Positions 1-13,996 of a stretch of 64,000 bases of DNA are shown in pieces. The translations under genes and the position numbers were made by a program. The notes beneath the pieces are model-generated. The model was given only the letters and a program-made list of their open reading frames with translations, made no database searches and was not told the DNA's origin. The number at the start of each line of letters is the position of its first letter. The stretch's first letter is position 1. The stretch covers positions 9,672,001 to 9,736,000 of the forward strand of contig OZ059900.1 in assembly GCA_964057225.1 (NCBI GenBank). Direction: 5' to 3'. The DNA is from Auanema rhodensis. Its lineage: Eukaryota; Animalia; Nematoda.

Positions 1-510
1 TTCTTTACGATCCCTTCATTTGATTATTTTTCTTTTCTTCACAGCTGGAGATATCATAAAAGAAATTCAATGGCATGACGATGACAAATTTTTCCGAAAG
101 AAAAAGATTGTCAGGTGATGCTGTTGACGCAATCGCTTTTTCTACTTTCACTTGCTTATATCTCTGAATGAAATTCGCAAAAAAAGGGAAAAGACTAAAT
201 ACGCGCACGAAAAGAGTTTTAAATGAGACAGGAAGAAGACGCGGGGTGCGTGGAAGCGTTACGAGGAAAAGTGATTGTGAAACAGGCTAACAAGTGGGAA
301 TATGTATGGCTGAAGGATGATGTTGCTGGCGATGTGGTAGTTGTGGAAGCAAAAGGAGGAGAAACAGGGTGGATAGAAAAAGAGAAAGTGAGATTAGCCC
401 GCGTGAGAAAGGAATTAATGTATAGGCGCAACAAACTAGCAGATACGTTTAGAGGCTGTAGATATGACGATATAAGCATAAGATTGAAAGAGTATTAGAG
501 AGAAAAAAAT

Positions 511-540
511 AGAGAGAGAGAGAGGTAGAGAGAGAGAGAG
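511..540 (+). repeat. (GA)n microsatellite
   Basis: agagagagagagaggtagagagagagagag. Confidence 0.85.
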
Positions 541-3500
541 ACAATTCCCCCCCTCTCCCCTCATCCTACAAACGAACGTGTCTGGATATCGAAACGTGAC
601 AGATGAGGACGACTGGATGCATGTTGTCGTTTTCCCTAACAAGATAGCCCAGTTGACGACGCAAACGTTTCTCTTGCATGTTGAAATGAACGCTTCTCAT
701 CGTCATCGTTATCTTTAACACAGTCCACATTGCTCAAAAAAATTCATCATCAGCCACCGAAAGAAGAAACCGAAAAAACGCAGTAATTTGAACAATTTTT
801 CAAGCTCAAAAAAAATTTTTGTACAATTATTATAAGCAGTGACGTTAGCATTTGTTTTACTGAGAAGAAGAGAAAAAAAACATATTTTGGATCAACTCTA
901 CTCCGTTTACACAAAAATAATTTTAACTTACTCTTATCTAATTAGCATTGAAAACTTGGCCTGTTATTACATATGAAAAAATAATTTATTTTCATTTCTT
1001 TCATTATAATACTTCTAAATTTATCTTTTCATTCTTGAACAATATTTATTTTTCAATTGAAGCATGCTTAAAACTGGCATGTAACAATGTGTTCGAATGA
1101 ACAACATTCCTTGTTACTGTATTTTTTGAATAAATAACTATATATATATCTTCCTCAACTAACTATATATATATATATATATAGAAAGAGAAAAATACGT
1201 TCAAGCAGATGGTATAGTCTCCTAATTAAAGTGAGTAAATTATTCTTCTCTAAAGCTGTTATATACAATGACAGCTATACTTAAATAGATAGATAATATA
1301 CCATTTTATGAGCAGTGCTATCCATTGTCCACATCCATTTATACTTTTTCATTTTCTCTTGACAATCTGACCTCGTACCCAATTTCAAGCATTTTTCAAT
1401 TACTTTGCAGCCTCTGCTCAAATCTACAGCTTGAAATTTTGATTCTTCAAAATTTTGCCATTTTTGAGTAATTAATCCAATGAAATAAGCTTCATTACCT
1501 ATTATCTTGTAATTTAAAGTTTTGTGTAACATGGTTTTAATGAAACTTATTATATATCTCAGTCTTGTCTCTAGACAATTTATTCAACTTCTCACGATCA
1601 GTATGCATGGTCGACAACTCAATCACGTCAAAAGTTTTTTTCAATTCTTCTGTTTTTCCCATTGCATGCATCATCATTATTGGTATCTTGTTTTTTCTTT
1701 TATTTTCATATAGTAATAACTCATGTATTTTGTCAAATAATATGAAATTTACTGCTTTTGCATATTAGGCAATATAACTTTCTTATCATTAGAACATACT
1801 ATTCATTATTCTTGTCACCTTTCTGCTCATGGTAATGGTTGTTCTTTCTACTTTTCACAGAGGATTCACTGTTTTCCTTGATAGCCACGTCGTCAGGAAC
1901 GTGTCACTACTGTACCAACGAAGGCCAAACTGAAAGCTTAACAATCTTTGGCTTTATTTTCGCTTTTTATCATTCTGTCGCTCCTTTCCGATTTTTTTGT
2001 TTCATCTTCACTTTCATTAACGTTGTTCGCTACCCTCTGTATCAGCAGCAATATCTACATCAGACTATCGAAATAGAGAGGAATAGATGGTAGACTAAGA
2101 GAAGTGATGTAAGATATAGAGATGGCGTTGATTACCAGACATGTTAATGATGCCGAAATTATGAAAAAAACGCCAATGAAAGAAAGACAGTCAACATGTC
2201 GAAATCGTTCTGTTTTCATATTATTCAACATGATTTCTAGTCCTATTTTCTATTCCAATTAACATCATAATGTTTTTTTTTGTAAAACATGTACTCAATA
2301 TCATGCATCTCATCGACTAGAGAAATGATTGAAAAGCTGACTGATAATAGGGACGAAGAAACCTATCACCAGATATGATTAGAGCTCCATTAAGAAAATC
2401 ATTTGAAATCATATCTAGATAAACAGCTTGTGTAATATATCTATCAATTATCTCTTTGCAATATCCATTTGATTTATTGCTCGTTTTCTTCCCGGTTATT
2501 CAGTCGTGTTCGATTTTTTTGTCGTATTGGCTTTATGTAGAGTGAAACTTCTTTGTTTCAGTTAAATGTATTTTTCCAAATATTTTTCTCAAACTCTATC
2601 ACTGGCTATTGCAGAGTTTTCATGCTTTTGAAGTAAAATAATATTATTTCATGCTCTATTCCTATCACTATTGCACTTAATGAGAGACAGTATTCAACTA
2701 TTTTCAATTTACAAAATTGTTATTTGAATGCTCAAATGAGTATTTGCAAGTGTGAATGTCCTTAATTATACTTTTTTTCTGCAAAAAAAAGTATAATTTC
2801 AAATATTAAACTTAGTTTATATCTAATATTATAGTTTATACTCCAAATTTAGTATTATATATATCATTTAGTATTTGTGCAGCTTATATTTATCGGCTTT
2901 GATTTCATGTTTCATCCTATTCATTCAAAAACTATAAAGAAATTAATTATTCTTTCCCATAATGATATTCAAGCAATATGGGGTCTAAAAGGGTCATCAT
3001 TACTTATTCATCATATATCTCATCCAATTTTCAATACAATATTCTATTCGTAATTATGCATTCACTAGACAACTTATAGAAATTTTTTTCATATGCAAAT
3101 TACACCTGCATACTGATGTCCTAGCTACCATGAGAAAAAAAGGCCAGCATTGTGGTCAGTTTTTCAGCTATGCCCTTCAGCGCTATATCCAAAAAAAACT
3201 GTGATGACAAAAAAAACGTTGACGAAATAGCCATGCTAAGACTTGCTAACATAAAAAAAAAGAAAATCATGGTTCATCAAGCATAACAATGCACATGCAT
3301 CTGTGTTTAAATGTCCTCGCTTGTCAGACCATAGCGTCCATCGTGCGCACATTGTTCTGGCAAAATTTTCCATCTGCTGTAGCTTGCGTTATGTTATAAT
3401 CATGCATGTTCTCTCTCTTTCTCACTTCCTCCTCTCTTTCTCACTCCGCCTCTCTCTTTCTCTGTCTCAGTCTCTACTGGCTCTCCCTCTTTTCTTTTTG

Positions 3501-6500
3501 CGTCCTATGTTAGCAATGCGGCACTACCGTCATGATATGCCACAGACAGGCACCTGATGGTGCCATCTCATTCAGATTGCATGGTTGTCGACGACCATCA
3601 CAAATGTGCAGTCAGCTTATAATCAAGCTCCACAATCATACGAAAAAACATTTTTTTACTTTTCGAAATACATTCATGATTCGTTTGTTTTTTTTTGCAA
3701 ATAAATGTTGTTCTTTCATTTAATTTGGGAGGCAGAACGAATACAGAATAGCTGTAAGATTAGATAGGCACTTTCGCGCCAATTTTCATTCATATCTCAC
3801 GCACTCAGTACAACAACTCATATTCTACAACAAAGAAGCTTTTTTTAACCTTTCTTATTCCTTTTGTATTGTTTCTTCCTGCGGATTAAGGTGAGAGACC
3901 TCCCATATCTTTTCTTTTATTTCTTTCCCATTTTTCTTTCGGATCTGACCAACACAAACTCATTGTCCTCGTTGTTTCAATTGTCTTTTTTGTCTTTCGT
4001 TTAGCAATAGTTTTCAACGTTTACCAATACATATGACTTTTTCTTGTTTCTACGTACTTTTCTCACAAAATTTTCGAAATAAAGCGTCACATCGCGCTGT
4101 TCTCTTCATTCACCTATCCACCACTAGACACGTTGGCCAGCTACCTAATGACATACACGAATAGTAACAGAGAGAGGGGATGGAAAAGAAATCTTCTCTC
4201 CTTTCTTCTAATAGTTGTTCGTCTCTCTCCAAGTTTTCTGGGTAGCCTCAAAGAAAAACGCTTGTTGGCTATCTCTCGGCATATCTTCACAATCAGTTGA
4301 TTTCGTGCCTTCTTTAGCGCCATTAATCATTTTTTTTATTTCGCTTTGCCTTCAGATACAAAATTAAAAAGTTCTCGTATATCATCGGATATTTCATTCA
4401 TTTTCATCCCATTCAACCTACTTAGTTCCATGTTATTATATAGCTTTTAAGAAGTAATATATTTTGTTAATTATTGTGATTGCCTTTTACGTCTTTTTTC
4501 TCGAAATTATATAACCAAAGAGCATCCAAGAAGCTATTAGCTTACCATATTATGGATTACGTTTTTGAGTTTTTCCATCTTTTATAAACTCATTACATCA
4601 TTTTCAGCATTTTCAACACCATTACGTCTTTTTTCAATTACAATTTTTTAGATATTTGAACTACCGTATCGTTCTTTTATATCTTTTTTTTATAAGTTCT
4701 ATAATCTTAAGTCGTCATAAGCTGAGAGCTATTCATGATTGTTAATTCGTCGTGTGTGTGTTCATGCTCTGAAAATATACTAAATATTAATCGCTTACTG
4801 ACAATACGCTCGTTTTGACCTCTTAAATTCATTTTTTTTCTTGGCATATTCTGAACTGCTTAATGCTTTTTATGGTTTTTTCACGCTTTTTCTACTATCT
4901 CATGACATATAGATCATCATTAATCGCAGTGCTGAAACCCTCCTTTTTCATTTATTTTGCATTGGATGGGGCCACGGTATGCAAGGCTCATCTGAGACAG
5001 AGCCTACACTCTCCTCATCCTCCTCTCCCATCCTTGTAGTGTTCATACATTCATTTTGCATAATTTTGCCGTTCATTGTCATCAGCGACAGTTTCTGTGA
5101 CAACGAAACCATTAATTGTCCAGTTTGAACCAATTCCTTTTTTTTTCAATCTGCCTCGGACCGCCGACCCCTTCATTTACCCTACCGTCTTTGTCTGTTC
5201 TTTTGCTCATCCCTCCTACTTACCGCAGTTTTGTTTCAAAGAAAACAATGGGAAACCTGTAGTCGTTGTTCCATTTGAGCTCATTTTCTCCTTTCCCTTG
5301 TCCACCCCTTTCTCTCTGACTCTTTTTTCCCTCTCTTTCTCATTCATCAACAGGTCCACATTGGGTGGTCGCTCATCTCTTTCTCATCATTTTTGCTAAT
5401 CCTTTTCTTACTTCATCGTTTCGAATCTTTTACAAGTGTCCAGTTGCCCATCCGAACGTGTTTTCCTTTTTCATGCTCATTACTGTTTGTATCAAATTCT
5501 TTTATCCCTCCTAATCTCTTTCTCCGTGAATAATTTCATCTTTTTGTCTATAACCTCTCAGTCTTTATCAGCATCTTCTTTTCCTTTTACTTTTTGCTGG
5601 ATAATTTTCATTTTTCTTTCATTAATTATCCAATTTGTTCTAATCAATTAGCTAAACAGTTGCTTCCCTGTTGTTTTTCAGCCATCTTTTGTCAACTTTT
5701 TCCACTTCCACAAAGTTTTTTTTTCTACATTTTGAGTTGTAAAATCTTTATTCGCTCCGTTTCTTCTGCACCTCACAGATGGAACCAATTTACTGCTCTC
5801 AATCTGTTGCTTGTTAATTACTTTTATTTTCAAAAGACTCTCTCGCCGTCTCTTCTTCTCTCAGCTTATGTTTCTTGTAATAGAGACCTCCTAGTTCATT
5901 TCGTTTTTCTTTCAAATTCTCTTTTTTAAAAACTCAGCCCATTCTATCCAACTTTACGGCTGTCCTCAGCTACACTTCAATTTCATTAATAACTGTGGCA
6001 GGACACACACACATGGCCTCTTGCATATTGCCCTCCATTTCGAAAATAATCGCTCTTCTTCACCTTTACGTTTTTTTTCTCCACCTAACTACTGCTTTCC
6101 ATTATTCGTCCTTTACCACTTTCTCTTCTTCTCTTGTAACCTCCTGTCTGCGTTCATGTCCTAAGGGTAGAAAAAATGTGTCTGCAATGTTCTCATCTAA
6201 TCCATCCGTTTTAATTTAAATGTCTGTTGTCTAGCAGAAAATTTTATGAGCCAAGCATATACAGACAGAATGAACACTGGCCTGAATAAACGGTTGAATG
6301 TGAATGATTAAGTCCTTATTCGTTTTTCTCTCAGATTTTACCTAAACTAAAGCCTATTTCAATAGTACTATTTCATAATATTTTAATTTTACTATTTCGT
6401 AATCTGTTTGAGTCTACGCAAGAATCATTTTCTTTTTCGAAATTTAGCACTTTTCCTTATTTCAACAACGCTGCTTGTTACATCTGTGAATATCGAAAAG

Positions 6501-8816
6501 TTCAATGCTTCAAAGCAGATGTAAAACCTAAAATGAGATATTGAAGCTTTTCCCTCAATCTAGAACATAGCTATATCTCCGTATGTATACATTTGTGAAT
6601 GTGAGACGAAAAGGAGAATGTGCCCTCAGTACAAACTCTTTGTATTGTTCTGTTGTAGATTTTCCATTTCTATGTCATCATGTTTCTATATTTAACCCGC
6701 TGTTCTCTTTATTTGATTCTCTCTCTCTCTCGAATTCGCATACTCCTTCCATCTTTCACTCATCCCATCTCTCACAGTTTCTATGTAATTATTCGAGTGA
6801 TCCCGTTCTGAACGGTTTCACTCTCTTCGTTTCTGTCCGTCTCAATCTCTCCGTTATTCTCTATATTTTGCTTTGAAACTCTATCAATCTCTCTCATGTT
6901 CTCGTTCCTTAGTTCATTGTGTCTATCATACGCCTGAGGGTATGAAGATTTTTGTACTATTGAACGTATCGCCATCACTTATTTAGATTTAAACTACTTG
7001 GGTAAACCACTAAAATGTGTTTATATTTGTTTATTTATAGAGCTTTCCTCTGAGAGTTTTCGTGTTTCATCTCTTCTCCTTATTGTGCTTTTCCACGATC
7101 ACGACTATGCCGTTTTCATCATTTTGACCTTTTTTTTTCGTTCCTCCCATTATTCTCAACTTTTTATTTTATTTTTTTCACTTTCGAATATTTCTTGTCT
7201 TCGGCTACTAGCTCTGTACGCATTTGACCATGTAAAATACTACGAGCGCATGCGAACGTGGAAAGAGTTCATGGAAGCGAATCAGAAAGAGAAAGCACAG
7301 CATCATAGTAGATATGAAAAATGTACAAAAAAAATATTACGTTGTAGTAGGAGAGTACAGACAGTTATCCCGCCAACCATCCGACAAACTGTCTGTACCC
7401 GACATCCTAATGGGGCCAATTTTCGCATCGCATCGTTTGGTATCTGTCTGACTGCATGAGCCCGTTTTCAAGTTATGTCTAGCTGTCGTACTAGCCATCT
7501 AGTTTGCTTTTGTGGGTTTTCATGTCCTTTCCATTTCAAATTGGGTATGCCTATTGTTCAATTAAGTTTCAATAATAAACTATGATTAGTTAAATGGGAA
7601 AAAAATAGTTTTGCGTTGAGAAAAGCGGGCTTGTTCTTGCGCCAAGCCAAATTGAAGAATTAGTTTTCAATTGTCATGTTGAAGAAATATTACTTCATCA
7701 GTTATTCTCCAGGACGTTTGGATCAAAAGCCGTGCCGATTCCAAGGCTCACCCCTTTTTTGTACGATTCACAATTTTTTTCTCGTTTTTTCTGTTTTTTT
7801 TAATGTTCGTACAAAAGCTTCAAATCTCTATTTGCTCAGTTGCCTTGTAGGACTAAGAGAGGAGAGTCTTTTTCTTTGCACTGCGTCGCCCTGCTCTCTG
7901 TGCCTCCCACTCTGTTCTCTTCTTGCTCATTCTCTTTTCTCCATATCTCTCATTCATATTCTGACTCTCTAGCACTATATCGGCACAGTCTTTCTCAGTT
8001 TGAATTTTTCGTTTTCGTTTTTCATCTTTTTTTTCTGCACAATCCTTATTCTTTTGCTCTAGTTGACTTTTTATCTTCCACTTCTCCAAATTGCATTGCT
8101 CATTGTATATTGAACGCATTCACAATATGATTTAGCATAATGTATCGGACATCGTCAGCATATTAACTGCGTTTGGCTGGTGCATAGCGTCTCCATGCTG
8201 TGTGTATGTTTGAGTGCGTCATGAAACATTTGAATTTGTTTGAAGGACAAAGTGAATATTTTTGATTACAAATGGAAGAAAGTGCAGATGTAAAGCCAAA
8301 GCCAAATGCTCTGAATTCATATTTTTATGATTTGTTTGTACAAAAAATACAGACAAAACTAAAAAAGCTGGAAAAAACTTGGCCAGCGATTTGAGAGTAA
8401 ATGTGAGAGAGATGAAATAGGACAATTTGATAAAGTGAAGCTAAAGTGCATCTCATGATAAGCATCGTTGAACAAAGAATTATACAATTAATATTAGCAA
8501 ACATAACAAATTTCGAATGAAAAAATAGAGAAAAGGGCAAATTATTTGTATTATTGTTAGATACAAGCTAGAATTATGTGTATGTGAGAAGAGTTTAGAT
8601 TTTTTTGTTGTAGAAAGACCACCACCAATCTTTTCGTTCTATCTCATCTAATTAGTCAATTCGTTTGATATTTATCATTTGAAGACTGATTTATGTTGTT
8701 TCTCAGTTTTCTGTTGTATTTTCTTGCTTTGATTCCAATCATATCTCTGTCTAATTTATCTTTTTTTCCATTTCATTTTAGATGGCTTTTACTCTGTTGG
8801 AATCTCTTAATATCCC

Positions 8817-8860
8817 CCTCTCTCTTTCTATTTCTCTCTCTCTCTCTTTCTCTCTTTCTG

Positions 8861-8893
<33 letters not shown>
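8817..8893 (+). repeat. Imperfect (CT)n microsatellite
   Basis: Directly visible run of ctctct/ctttct units. Confidence 0.85.
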
Positions 8894-11800
8894 ACTCTTT
8901 TTCCAGCTTACTCTCTTCTGATCTTTTTCATTTTTTTCCTATTTGCCATCAATTATTATTTTATGTTTTTTATTGTTTCAAGCTGTATTAAATCAAATAA
9001 TTACTTTCATTAGAGCTTAATGGCTCGTTTCCTGTTTCTAAAGTAGGCTATTCTTTTATTTTTTGTCTTTCATTTTTTCATTCTCATCTTCTGCACTTAA
9101 TTTTTCGCTTCGTATGGGTGCGAGTGTATCCGTATGTCCGAAAGACCCTCAGTACACAAAGATAGTTCTGTTGAAGGAGATGAAAGAATGCTAGCTGAGG
9201 TAGTAAACGCATGAGAGAGTTAGAGATGGAGAATGCACAGAAAGGAAAAGACCTAGAGAGATGGCTAGGCTTCTGATTAATCGAAGACCGGTTCTTCAGA
9301 TTTAGCTGACTGGGCGCTAGAAGTATTGGAGATGCAGAGAAGCAGAGAGAAGACGAAATATTCAAAATATGAAATGAAGACAGAGAGGTGAAAACGGACA
9401 ATGAATAGAAAGGAATGCGAAAGTGATGAAAGAGAGATTGCGCGATTGAGAAAGACAGAGATCGCGGGGGAGAGGTTGAGAAATCGTCCAGAAAGGGAGC
9501 GGTTTTCGTCGTAGTCGACAGGCGTAGAAAATGCACTCTTCGACTTCAGACAATCTAATACTTCTTCCATCTCTCTCATCAATGGGCTATTTGCTAACTG
9601 TCTAGCTAGCCTTCATCTCTGTCATCTCATTGCCCTTACCATTAGAACGAAATCTTTTACTCCCTTATTCTGACAGATTTTCTCTCATCTTCGGCGCCAT
9701 TTCTCCCATTTCTATCATTATCTTCTATTCTCCTCAAGGCTTCGGTACATACACACCTGAAATGGGTGAGCGCAGCGCTAGAGATACAGAGAAAACTGCA
9801 GGTAATGTGGGGTTAACGAAGGAACGTACTACACCAATAATCTAAAATAAGAACATGACGAACAATACCGCTGTTAGAAAGCCTGACGGTTATAGAGTTT
9901 TTGTTGATCGTATGTAAGATTTGCGCACGCACAGCGTTACGGAATCGAACTTTTTTCTTTTCTTTTTTTCTCATTTGCACTAGCCTTTCATGTCCAAAAT
10001 ATTTTTTATTTCAGCAAATTTTGGTTGAATAAAGAGATTAATAATATTATTTAAAGCTATTACATCAGATTTGAAAGTTTGCACTTTCGACAGACATGTA
10101 GCGTCTATATAACAATTTCTAACTATATATATATATTAAAATCTATGTTCCCATTTATGTATTGATTGATTCTTTTTGCCGCCCAAATTATTATATTTGA
10201 AACAGTTTTTTAATGTATAAATATTTTTTGTATGACCGCGAGTAGCAGATGTATAAAATAAATAAAGTAACAGGTAACATATTCGATTTCATATGATGCC
10301 GTATCTTGCGTATGTGACCCATGACACTGATTTATCTACTTATATATACTTAGTATTGTATAGCACTTAGTTATAGTATATGTACTCTGTGGTAAAAATC
10401 AATAATCATAATCCTAATGAATCAGATCATAATACACTTTGAGCACATGAGTACATGGTACCTCATTCTCTCTCTCTCTCTCGGTTTACCATCCTATATT
10501 TTAATATTTTGCTGTTAAATGAAAGTTTTCATGTTTTATTTTCTATTTTTATGATGTTTATACTATATTTATAATTTAGTTTTTTTCCCGTTACTGTCAT
10601 AATATTTGATTTATTGCTATATTCTTGAAATTCACTGATATGTATATATTTGATTTGACTCGCTCGGTTTTACAGTTATGTTCGTATTTTCGTGCGCCTT
10701 CTAGAAGGGTTTCAAACTCTTCTTTGTTTCTTTTCAATTTTTTTCGCGCTTTTTTGGCAATTTTAGTTGTCTTGAAAAACGCATATGATCTTCATCTGCT
10801 CCATGCAGCTCGTAAAAGGCAATTGTTCTCAATCTCACATAAAATTTAGCGTCATTTCACTCAATATGGCAGTATTCTTATAGATAATGTATGGCATTTC
10901 CTAACTCTTTATCCTTTCTTTATTCTCTTTTTAGACATATAATTTCATTTTCTATTCTCTCGCCATTCATGCCATTTATTTTAGTTTGAGAAAAGAGTTT
11001 GAATGAGCCATATGGCTTCATTGTTTTCATTTTGAGTGAATCTTGACTATTCTCCGATTCTAAACCTTTGGCGCAATTTTTAGTTTGATATACTGCAAAG
11101 CTGTGAAGCACATTTCCAAATTCTTTGTTAGTCATTTCAATATTAAGAATCTTTTTCTGCTTTCACAACTATCCGGACATTGGTCGATTTGCATATATGG
11201 TTATCTATGTGATTCTGTCTCCCTATTATCATGTGAATATAAATTATCGTTTAGTCACGTTCTTTTATCCATTTCATGATGATCGTAGAACGTTTGCCTC
11301 CCGCTAATTCTGTTTCTAAATTCGTTTACTTTTCCTTTTGAGTTGAAAATCTTTCAATTCAGAATACCTAATGAGTATATGGGAATATGCCATTAGGGTT
11401 AATTCAGTTTTACTTTAATGCTCAGTCATAAGTCAAAGGCCATTCGTCAAACTCTTCTTCGAAATTCTTTTTTTTTTATTTTAGTTGATAATCCCGCTTT
11501 GGAAAAGAAGCGGGAAAATATTGCAAAATCATCAGATGAGAATACAAAAGGAGTGAAAAGGAAGAAAAAAAGATAAATGAACTCAAAAAGACAGAGACAT
11601 GAGAGAAAAGTGAAAAAATAGATGAAGAAGTGAACAAACTCTGTGCTCTATCAGCTTTTTGCATGTTCTTTTCACCCGGTTCAGCTCTTCAATGTTCGAT
11701 ATATACGGTTTCCCATCGTCACACTACGCACCATATGCAGTTTGCGAGAAAGAGTGTGGAGCATGAGAGCATTACGACAAAGCAAGTGCAAATGGATGCG

Positions 11801-12056
11801 CATCGAGAAAACGAAAGAGAGATGCTTTATCTTTATATAGAAGAGGTGAAGTGAGAGAATGCGAAAAGCTTTTATTTTGGTCATTTCGTCTTGTTGAACT
11901 ATTTTTTTTGCTAGCTCTCCGGAAAATGGAAGAACATTTCAATGATCACCATGCTTATTGTTGTTTCATCTTTTATTTTTGCTCGTTTTTCCTCTTTATT
12001 ATTTCTCGATAAGATGTTTTTTCTTATTAATGTATTTCATTTACATATTTTTACAG

Positions 12057-13185
12057 CTTTTTCGGAAGTTTCCGCAGTCGTTTTAACGGCTGATCAGACG
12101 CCGTCAGACACACCACATCTCTGAAAGACGTGCGTTGTGTACTAGCTCTGTGTGGTTTTCTCCAAAAGTTCAGTTTTTGATACTAGTCATTCAATCAGTT
12201 GATATTCACAAGTTGGTTAGTTACAAAATATATTTTATTTCATATAGATAGTTTTGAATGAAATCGCCTAACGGCTACGTCACATTCAACATAATTTCCT
12301 TTCATTTCAGTAAATTGATCCACATTTACTCCACTAAAATCTCTCTATTCAGAGAGAGTTTGCTTTGAATATCCGGTGTTAAAGCAGATCATTCGCATTC
12401 GAACAGGAATCTGTGCATACATTAACAGCCTCTGGTAAATTTTCAATCAGTAATTTTCATTTTTATCTCATATTATAGAAGCAAGGATTTGTGCCTAATC
12501 GTTGCAAAACAGCATAATTTCATAACGTCAAATATTTAATAACTATAAATATTTATACTGCCTCTCTTGGATTCGGTAGTGCAGCTCATCCATCGTCGGT
12601 TACTATCCGACAAATTGTCTTTTCATCTCGATAATCAACTCGAGAGATTGTCGTTAAGCTGACACATATTTTCATAACACACTATCTACGCACATATATC
12701 ATAAAGTGTATACTGCCTAAGCCGTACACCGGCTTGTAAATCTTCATACTTATAAAATACATATCTTGCGATATATATTTATACTCAGATAGGCATTAAT
12801 ATTATATATTCTGCTAGTTTGAAGCAAATCTATTAAATTGCATCAATCTGCAGTCCGCACTTAACTGAGCCAAGAGTACAATCAGCTCATATTCTCTTCC
12901 CTATTCTAATATTGCGGAAAAATCTGTTGTGTTGCTGCGTGAGCATTAGTGAGTTTTATTATTCTATCAAATAATATTATTATTTCTCGTTTAGACGATC
13001 AACGAACTATTCTAAACTAATTGATTGTTTTGCTTTGCCACTCTCTCGGTGCATACAATACCGGTGTCTAGGATATTTGATTTATCATCTAATCAACACA
13101 CTACGTTATACGCTATATAATATTCCTTTTTATACCGTGGATTAATTATTATACATAATAATACCTAAGCATATAGTTATACAAT
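12057..13185 (+). other. Spliced 5' UTR of the long CK1 isoform (non-coding exons ~12057-12129, 12311-12434, 12479-12948, 12995-13185)
   Basis: Acceptors TTACAG (12056), TTTCAG (12310), TTATAG (12478), GTTTAG (12994) and donors GTGCGT, GTAAAT, GTGAGT. Two introns are 44 and 46 nt, the modal size here. No ATG between 12261 and 13185. Confidence 0.6.
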
Positions 13186-13996
13186 ATGCAACCACCTAAC
13201 GCCCAATCAGCCGCTATGCAGGAATATCTATTCTCTTCTGATCCTCTTGTTGTTCAGCAACAACTACAAACTGCCGAACATCTTGCCGCCGCTGGTGTTG
13301 TACCTGCCGCTGCTGTCGCTGCTGCTGCTGCTGCTGCTGCCGCATCCTGGAACCGACTACCCCAAATGAACGGTGGACCATCCGGTGTTGCTGCCGCCGC
13401 TGCCGTTGCTGCTGCAGCTGCTGGACATGGACCAATTCATCCAGCTATGATGCCTCCGCATATACAGCATCAACTTCACCATATTGCTCAGCAACAAGCT
13501 GCTGCCGCATCCGCAGCTGCAGCTTTACAGGCAAATCATCAGCATCTTCTTCAACAACATCAACATCAGCAAGCTCCACAGACATCTCAGCAACAGGCTA
13601 ATCCCCACCAAGTACTTGCACAGCAATTGGTTCAGCAGCAACATCATCACATGCAGCAGATACATCACCAAAATACGATGAACCATGCACAGCAAATTCA
13701 TCACCATAATCAGCAACAAGCTGCTGCTGCTATTGCTGCCGCCCATGCTGCTCATCAACAGTCGCAAATGGCCCACCATCACTTGGCCGCTGCCATCGCC
13801 GCCGCTTCAACCGGCCCACCTGGAACACCTGCTACGGGAAACTATTCGCCAGCTTTAAGTATACCAGTCGAACGCCCCGTCATTGGAATTGAGCACCTGC
13901 CCCCTAACCAATTAACTGATTGGGCACTTACATTGGACCCTGTGGTTTTAACACAACTTCTCAACACCCAAATGCCACCAGCTTCTAGGAAAGGAG
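13186..13996 (+). CDS. kin-20: Low-complexity Gln/Ala/His-rich N-terminal coding exon of the CK1 gene
   Basis: 270-codon GC-richer ORF with mixed synonymous codons in the poly-Ala/Gln/His tracts, ending at a strong donor AG|GTATGT. Confidence 0.85.

Noticed and set aside
223-498. 91-aa ORF with an SH3-like GETGWI segment
   Set aside because: Single exon with no splice context; explained by purine skew.
9196-9217. let-7-family-like 5' end TGAGGTAGTA
   Set aside because: No complementary arm on either side to form a pre-miRNA hairpin.
1800-12000. Numerous F/L/S-rich ORFs in the ORF track (also at 14-29 kb and 56.4-62 kb)
   Set aside because: Products of T/C-rich non-coding DNA, often with non-ATG starts and no exon chains.
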